Origin: an uncultured archaeon
GTDB lineage: Archaea; Asgardarchaeota; Thorarchaeia; Thorarchaeales; Thorarchaeaceae
DNA: 32,000 bases
Assembly: GCA_964354495.1 (NCBI GenBank)
Contig: CAYHAA010000001.1
Coordinates: forward strand, 248,075 to 280,074
Direction: 5' to 3'
Each line of letters begins with the position of its first letter. The stretch's first letter is position 1. The notes beneath the pieces are model-generated. The model was not told the origin of the DNA, did no database searches, and saw only the letters and a list, made by a program, of their open reading frames with translations. The translations under genes and the position numbers were made by a program. Positions 16,686-24,783 of this stretch are shown piece after piece.

Positions 16686-17582
16686 TCAGCGGTTGGTCTG
16701 CTCGACAAGTTTGTCAACGATTAAACCTGCGACATCTAGTCCAGTCACACTGGCGAGTGCACTCCATGATGGCGCAGCATTTGCCTCTATCACGCATGGT
16801 CCATCTGGCGTTTCGATTATGTCTACTCCTGTGTAATCGAGATTCAGCACCTCTGCAGTCTTTATTGCGCACTCCTTGTACTCCGGTTCAAGCTGCATGA
16901 CCACAGCCTCTCCTCCACCGTGAACGTTTGTACGCCATTCTCCGGGAATATCGTGTGGAACATATCGATACATCGAACCAATCACCTTCCCCCCAATGAC
17001 AAAAGCTCTGATGTCCCTGTTGGGCTTCTCTATCATTTCTTGGACATAGAGTACTTGACCGAGCTGATGAATGAATTTCATTGCTCGGTACGTCAATTCC
17101 TCATTCTCTGCATGGATCGAGCCCATTCCTCTGGCCCCAATCATAGGCTTGATTACTACATCCCCCACCTCATCAACGAATTTCACCGCTGCGTCGAGAT
17201 TTTCTCCAATGAATGTCCTTGGTACTCTGATTCCTGCTTTACTCAGCGCAGTCAAGGTGGCATACTTATCCTTCGCCCGCCTGAATGAGTATGCTGGATT
17301 CATCACATAGATACCAGCATTCTCAAAATGCTCAAGAAGGCTGATTCTATATGTGACCTGCTCACCTGTTCCGAATCCGATTGTGCGAACCAGAACGCCG
17401 TCCATGTTGGAAACGTCCTCTTCATCAAGGTAGGTGAACTTGTCTGGAATTTCAGCTGAAACATCGGGCAATCGAAAGGGCTTTGGCTCATGCCCCTTTG
17501 CCTTCATGGCTTCGATTAGACCAGCTGTTGCCCAGTTGTTTATGTTCTCGTGATAGACTACTCCAAAGAGACGACCAGGCAT
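16686..17582 (-). CDS. RimK/LysX-family ATP-grasp ligase (possibly MptN/CofF-type cofactor glutamylase)
   Basis: AKDKYAT, VPRT, VVIKPMIGARGMG, YVQEMI..PNRDIRAFVIGG, WRTNVHGGG, GVDII and EANAAP motifs. ATG 17582 follows an AGAGGTG SD; the track uses GTG 17591. Substrate is not determinable from sequence. Confidence 0.88.
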   Translation of the reverse strand: MPGRLFGVVYHENINNWATAGLIEAMKAKGHEPKPFRLPDVSAEIPDKFTYLDEEDVSNMDGVLVRTIGFGTGEQVTYRISLLEHFENAGIYVMNPAYSFRRAKDKYATLTALSKAGIRVPRTFIGENLDAAVKFVDEVGDVVIKPMIGARGMGSIHAENEELTYRAMKFIHQLGQVLYVQEMIEKPNRDIRAFVIGGKVIGSMYRYVPHDIPGEWRTNVHGGGEAVVMQLEPEYKECAIKTAEVLNLDYTGVDIIETPDGPCVIEANAAPSWSALASVTGLDVAGLIVDKLVEQTNR

Positions 17583-17626
17583 AGAATACACCTCTACTCT
17601 GCTGTACTGCGTACGGTGTCTTCTTG

Positions 17627-17632
17627 TTTAAA
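17627..17632. promoter_or_regulatory. Putative TATA box in a divergent intergenic region
   Basis: Palindromic TTTAAA between the divergent starts at 17582 (-) and 17735 (+), about 45 bp from the minus-strand start. Confidence 0.35.
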
Positions 17633-17734
17633 GAGATATCCAGAAGACATCATAAGTAGGTAAAGGCTAAGAGCATTGGAGCAGTTCTGATTATTCGAGA
17701 TTCACTGTCCCCGAATCAAGCGACCTGAAGAAGC

Positions 17735-18760
17735 GTGTCGAGAAGGATGATTAACAGAATAGTCGAGATTTCTGAAGAGCTTTCGAGAGAAGGAAGAAAG
17801 GACCCCGATCTGGTTTCCCGTATGGAAATCGCTCTTCAGGGGCAGTTCCCGCAGTTCCTCATGATATCTCCAATCAACAGAAGCTCTCAGGACCTGCAGC
17901 TTTTTGGCATGACCATGGGCGACGTATTCCATGGCACACGTGTTCCAGGGATGCCTCTTCTCACACCAGAGCGTTCCAGAATTCTGTATGGGGGTCCTAT
18001 AGCCTACAACCACGAATTTCCTGATAAGAGAGGTGTCATTCTGACCTTTGAGCAGGATGAGCACGAGAATGTAATCAAGGAGTCACTGGATAACCTCGTG
18101 CGTCATCCTGACATGAAGGGGATTCCCATAATTGTATTTCGAGTTGACTACGAACAAGGTAGAGCCCGTATTGTGGTTCATGGGAAGGGGAGGAACTATG
18201 AGGCTGAGAATAGGTTGCTTTCACGATTGCGGCGACCGGGCAGTATGGATACAAGTACCCTCGTCTTATTATGTTCAGACTCGAGAATTCGGCCACCCGT
18301 CACTCCAGAAGGGGTTCCCTTGGCGATTCAGACACTTGGTGGGTATGTTCCGAGATATTCCGGAGCAGATGATGAAACACTCCAACTTGCTGGCTTCCTT
18401 GCTGAGTGGCTATCTCCGGATGCTGCATCCCGAGAAATTCTCATCGTTGCCCATGGCAATTTCGAGGGAGAAGGGCCCTCATGTGGTGCAGGACGGGCAT
18501 GCCTTAATCCTGAATCTGTGAAGAATCCTTTTCTCCGTTCGGTCATGACTGAATTACAGCAGGCCGCCCTGCCCTTTGAGCCTCATGAGTCCAAGAACGC
18601 AGAGGAGCGTGTGAAGTCACTCTCTCTGGCTATCAGGGAAAATCTTCTCAGCTATCCTGCCGTGCAGAGTTTTTCGGAATCACGTCCAGCCCATTTCATT
18701 GACATACTCCTGATGGATACGGTGTCGAATGTCTTGTCAGCTGCAAATCTGAATCCCTAA
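17735..18760 (+). CDS. Beta-carbonic-anhydrase-fold protein, tandem: degenerate N-terminal domain + Zn-site-bearing C-terminal domain
   Basis: The C-terminal half has LVLLCSDSR, IQTLGG and IVAHGNFEGEGPSCGA (Cys, Asp-Arg dyad, His, Cys). The N-terminal half has GQFPQFLMISPINRS...FGMTMGDVF, which echoes beta-CA GQxP...CxDSR...GDxF without the ligands. Confidence 0.6.
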   Translation: MSRRMINRIVEISEELSREGRKDPDLVSRMEIALQGQFPQFLMISPINRSSQDLQLFGMTMGDVFHGTRVPGMPLLTPERSRILYGGPIAYNHEFPDKRGVILTFEQDEHENVIKESLDNLVRHPDMKGIPIIVFRVDYEQGRARIVVHGKGRNYEAENRLLSRLRRPGSMDTSTLVLLCSDSRIRPPVTPEGVPLAIQTLGGYVPRYSGADDETLQLAGFLAEWLSPDAASREILIVAHGNFEGEGPSCGAGRACLNPESVKNPFLRSVMTELQQAALPFEPHESKNAEERVKSLSLAIRENLLSYPAVQSFSESRPAHFIDILLMDTVSNVLSAANLNP

Positions 18761-19431
18761 AAGTGACCTGTGTAAGAAACAATAAGATCACGATACGTAT
18801 CAAAATCAAGGATGAACGAGTTGAATTTGAACACAGGAACTACTGGCACGCCCTCATGGAGCTCCACCTCTTCTACCAACCAGGTCACTAGAATGGGAAA
18901 GAATTCATATTCTCCGGGCACGATGGGCCGAAGCCTTTTCGACAGCTGTTCATGCTGAGCCAATAGTCGCATCGTCCTCTCTTTCTGTTTCTCTGCCGCT
19001 GCGCGCAAAGCCGATGACTTTCCTCCTCTAATACCCCACATCTTTGCATCGACTGAGAAGACCGACCTGTCATGGATGCCTATGACATCTATCTCCATGC
19101 CTCTGGCAGAGGAGTCACCCCTTCTACGAAAACTCTCCGTGCAACGGAAGCCATTCTCGTCCATGATATTGGCAATCAGACCCTCAAAGTCCTTCCAAGT
19201 CAGCAGACCGATGACTTCTGCTATATCTACGCCCTTCGCAATTACGGCCATAGCAATATTGATTCTCTTCTCTCTATCAACAATGATTCTCTGCTCCGAA
19301 TCTCTGGACAACCCGAAGCGCTCCAGCATGTCTTGTTCTAGATTTACCTCATGAGAGATTATGTTGTTCTCCTTTGTCTGTCTGAGAAGCTCCAAGGCTG
19401 CGTTGTTGAAATTGGTCTTCATACTACGCAC
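18757..19431 (-). CDS. PD-(D/E)xK restriction-endonuclease-like protein (Mrr_cat/NERD-like)
   Basis: WKDFEGLIANIMDENGF, EIDVIG and SVDAKMW match the E...D...(D/E)xK nuclease pattern. The stop codon overlaps the convergent gene's stop. Confidence 0.7.
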   Translation of the reverse strand: MRSMKTNFNNAALELLRQTKENNIISHEVNLEQDMLERFGLSRDSEQRIIVDREKRINIAMAVIAKGVDIAEVIGLLTWKDFEGLIANIMDENGFRCTESFRRRGDSSARGMEIDVIGIHDRSVFSVDAKMWGIRGGKSSALRAAAEKQKERTMRLLAQHEQLSKRLRPIVPGEYEFFPILVTWLVEEVELHEGVPVVPVFKFNSFILDFDTYRDLIVSYTGHF

Positions 19432-19445
19432 CCTTCTATCGAGTT

Positions 19446-19456
19446 AGTTTATAACT
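19446..19456. promoter_or_regulatory. Putative bidirectional TATA element
   Basis: AGTTTATAACT (TTTATAA core flanked by inverted AGTT/AACT) in the 55-bp gap between the divergent starts 19431 (-) and 19487 (+). Confidence 0.5.
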
Positions 19457-19486
19457 TGAGTTGGTGACAGAAGTGTAGGTGGGTTC

Positions 19487-19981
19487 ATGTCAGAGGCTCA
19501 AGAAGGTTGGCAAAGGGTTCTGAAGGCTTTTGATGACTGGATATACTACGAATCATCAGAATTTGGCCCATACACCGGATATTTCTCACTGGAGAATTTT
19601 CGAGACCTCATGCATGGCGAGAGAGTTGGCTGGATGCGTTCTATGTATGAGAATATCATCCCTGGTCGTGTGGAGAGATGCAGGGATGCCGCAGTCGCGT
19701 TTGAGGACTTCATGCCATTTATGCCGGACCCTGATGCTCGTGATGTTGTACAATCAATGATTGACCTTGCTCAGGTCATCGTAGATTCCATGCTGACCAT
19801 GAGTGACACGTTTCATAGCATGATGGAAGAGTACGGATCCAGTGGATTCGACGAGGTAGTCCCATACTTGTCCAATCTTGCAGAGACCGAGGAGAGTATT
19901 CGTCACCATATGAGTCTCTTCAGCGAGGGATTCACAAGACTGAGGAGCTTGGGCTTGGAGATGCCTGATATGGAATCATAA
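19487..19981 (+). CDS. Hypothetical acidic, all-alpha protein
   Basis: A 164-aa ORF with ATG, an upstream GTAGGTGG SD-like site and a TATA-like element. No family recognised. Confidence 0.7.
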   Translation: MSEAQEGWQRVLKAFDDWIYYESSEFGPYTGYFSLENFRDLMHGERVGWMRSMYENIIPGRVERCRDAAVAFEDFMPFMPDPDARDVVQSMIDLAQVIVDSMLTMSDTFHSMMEEYGSSGFDEVVPYLSNLAETEESIRHHMSLFSEGFTRLRSLGLEMPDMES

Positions 19982-20120
19982 TTCTCTGGGCGCAGGTGTA
20001 GCAAGACTTAAGACAAGAGAGACGCCGTTTTATCTGACCCACAACAACGTGAGGTGAAAATCACAATGGGTACCGAAACAAACTACAAAGCCCATCATTA
20101 TCGGGTCTCAGACGCGAAAG

Positions 20121-20480
20121 GTGACCGCCAAGTTATGGCAGGTGACCGTGTTCTCGAGTGACCCTGAGGTCTTTCATACTAGTTATAGCAGTCTCTTGGC
20201 AACTCTTCTGCAATTAGCTGATGCTAGATTGAGTGCCACACAAAAGCTGGTTCTGACAATAGCTCACGGGTTGCTCAAGAATAGTGACCTTACTGTCACA
20301 GCGCTGGCAGACCAAGTCTCTCGAAGATCTGATATCCCGTACAGCACCGCAAAGTGGAATCTGCGTGCTCTCAAGGAGATGGGCCTTTTGAAGGGCGGTG
20401 ATGTGTGCTCCAAAGGAGAAAACGCTTGCCTGACGTCTGAAGCACGAATGCTGGCAGACTATTTTGAGCGAAACCAATAG
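20121..20480 (+). CDS. Winged helix-turn-helix DNA-binding protein (start uncertain)
   Basis: LSATQKLVL...LTVTALADQVSRRSDIPYSTAKWNLRALKEMGLL...LTSEARMLA is a typical wHTH. The frame is open from 20058, but the SD-led ATG at 20066 is out of frame (see findings). Confidence 0.75.
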   Translation: MTAKLWQVTVFSSDPEVFHTSYSSLLATLLQLADARLSATQKLVLTIAHGLLKNSDLTVTALADQVSRRSDIPYSTAKWNLRALKEMGLLKGGDVCSKGENACLTSEARMLADYFERNQ

Positions 20481-20485
20481 GAAGA

Positions 20486-20513
20486 AGGGGCATTCGAAGC
20501 CCCTCGTTTTTTT
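20486..20513 (+). terminator. Hairpin + U-tract terminator
   Basis: Stem AGGGGC(ATTCGAA)GCCCCT followed by CG and T7, starting 5 bp after the wHTH stop codon. Confidence 0.7.
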
Positions 20514-20694
20514 ATATCAAGTAATCGCTGGAAGACGAATCTCTCGAACGCTTCGCTCTTGGTTTGGTCTATGTGATTTCATATGAACCTCGGTATAGGT
20601 CTGGGGAATCAACCACTTCAAGCAACTCCTCTCCTTTCATAAAGTTGATAAACACGTTACAGGAACGGGTGAGTTATTCGGGCAGGTTTCGCCA

Positions 20695-21927
20695 ATGACC
20701 AGTCTTACAGTCGAGCAGCTCCAGCCATGGTACAAGAAACAGCTCACAAGAAGATCCGCTGAATTCATCAAACAGGCTGAGAGAATCTATAAAGTCGTTG
20801 AACGAGCACTCAAGGATGTCCAAGAACTTGTGAAGGCATTCGAAGTCGAAGGCGAAGATGACCCCGAATCCACCGGCATTGCGGCCAGATTTGGCATGAA
20901 GCTCAAGGAGATTGTTTCCGATTTCTACGTTGAGAAGGAAATCACCTACGAAAGTACTGAAAACATGCAAGGTGAGATACAACGATTCATCCAGGAACTC
21001 TGGGGTGCCGGAGCCCGCTGGATCAGGAGAATGGACAAACGCCACAAGGCAACGATAAAGGCGCTCGATGAGTCAATGAAGGAACTTGCAAGAGAGATGA
21101 AGCGGATTGGCAAGCTTCTCTATGACTATGCCTGGTTGAAAGATATTGAGCGTATTGGTGGTCGAATTACCACACTGCACGACCTCACTTTCAGTAAGGA
21201 GGTGTTCGAGGAGCAGATTGGTACCGTACGATTGAAGATTCAGACCGCTGAAAGTGATTTTCAGAATACTAAGCGTGCATATGACCAGTTTTTGGAGACA
21301 TCGAATGTTGCGGAATTGCTCAGCCTAGACGAACAAGCACAGCGCATTTCGAGTCTGCTTCGAATGAAACTCAATCCGTTGAAGAAACAGGTGAGGAAAT
21401 TCCTGCAGGTTGACACAGGTGTTCGGGTGGGTCCATCAGGCCAAATCGCTCTAACTGAGTACTTCGATGACCCATATGCCGCAATCGTAAAGGAGGCTGA
21501 GGGCTATCCGGGTCTTCTAGAAGGTCTCAAGGGTGTCGAAGAAGCTATTGAGGCTGACAAGTTGGACCTGAAAGATCGACTTGGAAGACGTGCTGTGGAA
21601 GAGATCGAAGCCATTCGAAATGGAGGCCTTCAGGAGCTCCAGACCCAAGCAAAAGACGTCGAAGCGAAAAGACATACCTACGCTGGGTCTGATGTGTACA
21701 AGAGAAGCGAGCAACTTCAAGCAGCGCTCAACGAGGCTCAGAAGAACCTAGAATACCATAAGAACGACCTGCTCAGAATCCGCGATGATCTTGAACGTCA
21801 AATTACAAAGGTGAAAGAATTCAAGTCACGCATCGAATCTGAAGTACTCGAGGCGTTTGGTGAGAAAGTCACGATAGAGCTTGAAGTCTCACTTGAACCG
21901 CTCATCAAGATGTGCGTCATTGAATAG
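20695..21927 (+). CDS. Hypothetical long helical/coiled-coil protein
   Basis: 410 aa, E/K/R/L-rich with heptad-like segments. No Walker motif or TM segment seen. Confidence 0.75.
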   Translation: MTSLTVEQLQPWYKKQLTRRSAEFIKQAERIYKVVERALKDVQELVKAFEVEGEDDPESTGIAARFGMKLKEIVSDFYVEKEITYESTENMQGEIQRFIQELWGAGARWIRRMDKRHKATIKALDESMKELAREMKRIGKLLYDYAWLKDIERIGGRITTLHDLTFSKEVFEEQIGTVRLKIQTAESDFQNTKRAYDQFLETSNVAELLSLDEQAQRISSLLRMKLNPLKKQVRKFLQVDTGVRVGPSGQIALTEYFDDPYAAIVKEAEGYPGLLEGLKGVEEAIEADKLDLKDRLGRRAVEEIEAIRNGGLQELQTQAKDVEAKRHTYAGSDVYKRSEQLQAALNEAQKNLEYHKNDLLRIRDDLERQITKVKEFKSRIESEVLEAFGEKVTIELEVSLEPLIKMCVIE

Positions 21928-21943
21928 GTGAAGGCCGGGTATC

Positions 21944-22768
21944 TTGCGCGTATTAGTCACATCAGAGAAAGACCCTGCTAGCCAGACAATCAAGAGAGTA
22001 CTAGTGGATGGATATGGCTTCTCACCGAACGGCGAGTACTTTGAGAGCAATCCCATCCTCTCCCACAATGACTCTACAATACTTATCACGACCAGCCGCG
22101 ATATGATATTCTGCGACCATCTTGAGTCGCATTTCTCTGCGGAAGCATTCATTTTCTGTTCACGCCATCGAGCCGAGTCAGCCAAGCCAGCCCTGCTTGT
22201 ACATAGCACTGGCAATCTCGGCAGTGAGGCTCTATTTGGTGGTCATCCCTTTCAGGTATCTGTGTCATCCCCGCAACTGGTTGCGGCGGCACTCAAGAGG
22301 CTATCAGTCGAAAAGATCCGACGGTCCTTGACGGAATTTGATGTTTCACTTGAGGTTACACATCATGGCCCTACTTCTCTGAACACTCCTATTGTGTTTG
22401 TGGAGCTGGGCAGCACTGAGGAATACTGGGTCCACAATGAGGGAGCACGAGCAGTCGCGGCTGCCATAATGGACTGCACTAAGGAGCCCCTGCTTGGTGA
22501 AGCAGCTATCGGTTTTGGTGGAACGCATTACGCCAGCAAGTTCAACAAGCTCGTTCTTGAGAAGGGCTACAAGATTGGTCACATTGCTCCAAAATACTCC
22601 CTTAACGAACTGACTCTAGATGTCATCAAGCAGATGATCACACGAACAACCGGCTGTGTGAAGAAAGCGATTGTTGATTGGAAAGGAATGAATGCTGAGA
22701 ATAAGGAGCATCTATTCCCTCTTCTTGACGAGGCAGGACTCCAGATGGTCAGCGATAAGGATGCCTGA
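21944..22768 (+). CDS. dtdA: Archaeal/plant-type D-aminoacyl-tRNA deacylase (DtdA/GEK1)
   Basis: FCSRHRAES.KPALLVHSTGN, EVTHHGPT, FVELGSTE, GFGGTHYA and GHIAPKY motifs. Confidence 0.93.
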   Translation: MRVLVTSEKDPASQTIKRVLVDGYGFSPNGEYFESNPILSHNDSTILITTSRDMIFCDHLESHFSAEAFIFCSRHRAESAKPALLVHSTGNLGSEALFGGHPFQVSVSSPQLVAAALKRLSVEKIRRSLTEFDVSLEVTHHGPTSLNTPIVFVELGSTEEYWVHNEGARAVAAAIMDCTKEPLLGEAAIGFGGTHYASKFNKLVLEKGYKIGHIAPKYSLNELTLDVIKQMITRTTGCVKKAIVDWKGMNAENKEHLFPLLDEAGLQMVSDKDA

Positions 22769-22890
22769 TGTCGGTACACTACCGTAGAAGAACTGCTCCT
22801 TAGACCTTTCAACTGATGTTACTACACTCCCGAAAGGCTAATTACAGTCCTTTGATAAACCCCAAATACCACCATCCAGTTGGGAATGAT

Positions 22891-23736
22891 ATGTGCCCTG
22901 AAGACAATGCTGTAATAGGCGAAATCTTGGAGAAAGTGGGCACGCTAGCAGAAGAACTCGCGAGCATTCGGAAGGACCTTGGTGCGCTAGGTTCGATTCC
23001 AGGAATTGCAAAGAAAGTTGATGGTCTAACAAGCTCAGCAAATGAGATCAGTAAGACAATGCAGGGTATTCATGAGTCCAAAGAATACGAAGTCATTATC
23101 AAGAAGCTTGATGACCTTCTGATAAGTCTGTCCGAACCTGAAGTCATAACCAAGAAACTCGACGACCTTCAAGGATACGTAGCTGGTCTGTCTGGAATAG
23201 AAGAAAAGGTCGAAGACTTGTCAAGGGCATTCCAAGAGACTCAAGAAATAGTTGGCATCATTGTTCGCCAGCTTGATGACATTGAACGCAAATACAATCT
23301 TTCCATCGATAAGATAAGCGAAACTGCAGATACTGTTGCGAGAATCGCTGAAGGCGCTTCATCTACGCCAACAAGAGCAACAGAGAGGAAGACACACAAG
23401 AACGACGAAGAAGCTGTTTCTGTGCCTGAGAAGAAAGTACCTGTTCCCAAGGCTAGTCTTCCGTCAACAATCGATGCGCTAATGGATCGATTATTGAATC
23501 TAGTTAATCCACAGACTGAAGCTACGAAGATGGGAGAGGCTCTCGAGGATGTCCGTGATGAATTGACCTCGATGATACAGGGTCACACCCCCGTGCTATT
23601 CCAATTTGGGAAGAAGGCACGAGAGCTCAAGTCGTACCCACCTACAGCCACTCTCAACGAGAACGATATAGCCAGTCTGAACAAAGACATCAAATCTTGG
23701 ACAAGCAAACTCAAAGAGATTGCAAAGAGCTCGTAA
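22891..23736 (+). CDS. Hypothetical protein: N-terminal coiled coil, charged linker, C-terminal helical domain
   Basis: Coiled-coil-like region with a KKLDDL duplication, then a T/E/K/P linker and a helical C-terminus. ATG 22891 is preferred over the track start 22816. Confidence 0.7.
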   Translation: MCPEDNAVIGEILEKVGTLAEELASIRKDLGALGSIPGIAKKVDGLTSSANEISKTMQGIHESKEYEVIIKKLDDLLISLSEPEVITKKLDDLQGYVAGLSGIEEKVEDLSRAFQETQEIVGIIVRQLDDIERKYNLSIDKISETADTVARIAEGASSTPTRATERKTHKNDEEAVSVPEKKVPVPKASLPSTIDALMDRLLNLVNPQTEATKMGEALEDVRDELTSMIQGHTPVLFQFGKKARELKSYPPTATLNENDIASLNKDIKSWTSKLKEIAKSS

Positions 23737-23927
23737 GTAGGACGCACCCTTCGAGAATGGACCTATCACGCCTCTTGTCTGATTATCATCCCGGTTTTTC
23801 TAGCATAGGTTTATCTCCAAAATCTGCAATTGCGCAATTGAACATGCCTGGGGTGATATTGAGTCCCTAGGTGAACGGAGCTCGAAAGATTCGGCTCTCT
23901 CATCATCTTCAATGGACGGTGGCAGCC

Positions 23928-24734
23928 ATGGAATTACCAAAGCACAACAACGAACTTCAACAGAGAATTCAATTGCTCGATGCAGCTGCAGATCAGCAGC
24001 TGGCAAAGGAACTAATGGAGTTGCATCAGGTCAAATGCACTGAGTGCCAAGAAGATCGGCTCAGATGTGCGACTCGGCCGGCCTGCATGACTCGCAATTT
24101 CCTCAACACTCTCATAGAAATTGGCGTCGAAGTCAGCGATATGCCAGCTTTCTGCTACAGCGTGAACCTTGATCAAGTCCGCCGCCTTATTCTAGAGAAG
24201 AAGGGCAAAAAGATGCTGGATCGTAGGCTCCCGATAAAGGACCTCCTCCAGACACTGGGAATCAGTTCAATCAGGCATTTTACAACCAAGTTCAAGAAAG
24301 AATGGTCTAATTTCTCTTCGGTCAACGAAGGCAATACGATGCTTGTGACCGGGAACGATCTGCTGTTTCGCTTCGATTTCGTTCGCGGAATAGTAACGAT
24401 CAATCCTACCAAGGATCGAATCAATACACTCGGCGTTTTCAAGCTCTACTGCCAGTTGTTCTCAGAGAGGTATCAGGTGAAGTCAACAGTGAAGGATGTG
24501 ACTCCGAATTGGTGGATCCTCTCAGTTGAAGCTAGCCGTCCTGACTCTGCAGCTCTCAGAGCTCTACAGAAGAGTGAAACAGCTAGTGCTTTCGAAGCGA
24601 CTTATCTTAAGGAAACTGAAGGCTCAGCCCAGATACAGATAGAGGTCATTCTTGATTCTGATGCGAAGTATCTGGAAGCAGAACGCCTCGATGAGATGTT
24701 TGCGAAAGTAAGCAAGATTAGCAGCACAGCTTGA
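23928..24734 (+). CDS. Hypothetical protein with an N-terminal Cys cluster
   Basis: CTEC-x6-C-x5-C plus a later FCY. ATG 23928 follows a GGACGGTGG SD-like site; the track start is GTG 23871. Confidence 0.7.
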   Translation: MELPKHNNELQQRIQLLDAAADQQLAKELMELHQVKCTECQEDRLRCATRPACMTRNFLNTLIEIGVEVSDMPAFCYSVNLDQVRRLILEKKGKKMLDRRLPIKDLLQTLGISSIRHFTTKFKKEWSNFSSVNEGNTMLVTGNDLLFRFDFVRGIVTINPTKDRINTLGVFKLYCQLFSERYQVKSTVKDVTPNWWILSVEASRPDSAALRALQKSETASAFEATYLKETEGSAQIQIEVILDSDAKYLEAERLDEMFAKVSKISSTA

Positions 24735-24783
24735 GGAACAAATCAACAGTTCAGACGAACATACACTGCGGTGGGATGCACAA

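Noticed and set aside
20119-20148. Direct repeat AGGTGACCG twice, 21 bp apart
   Set aside because: Only two short copies inside coding sequence. It is not an array and has no spacer structure.
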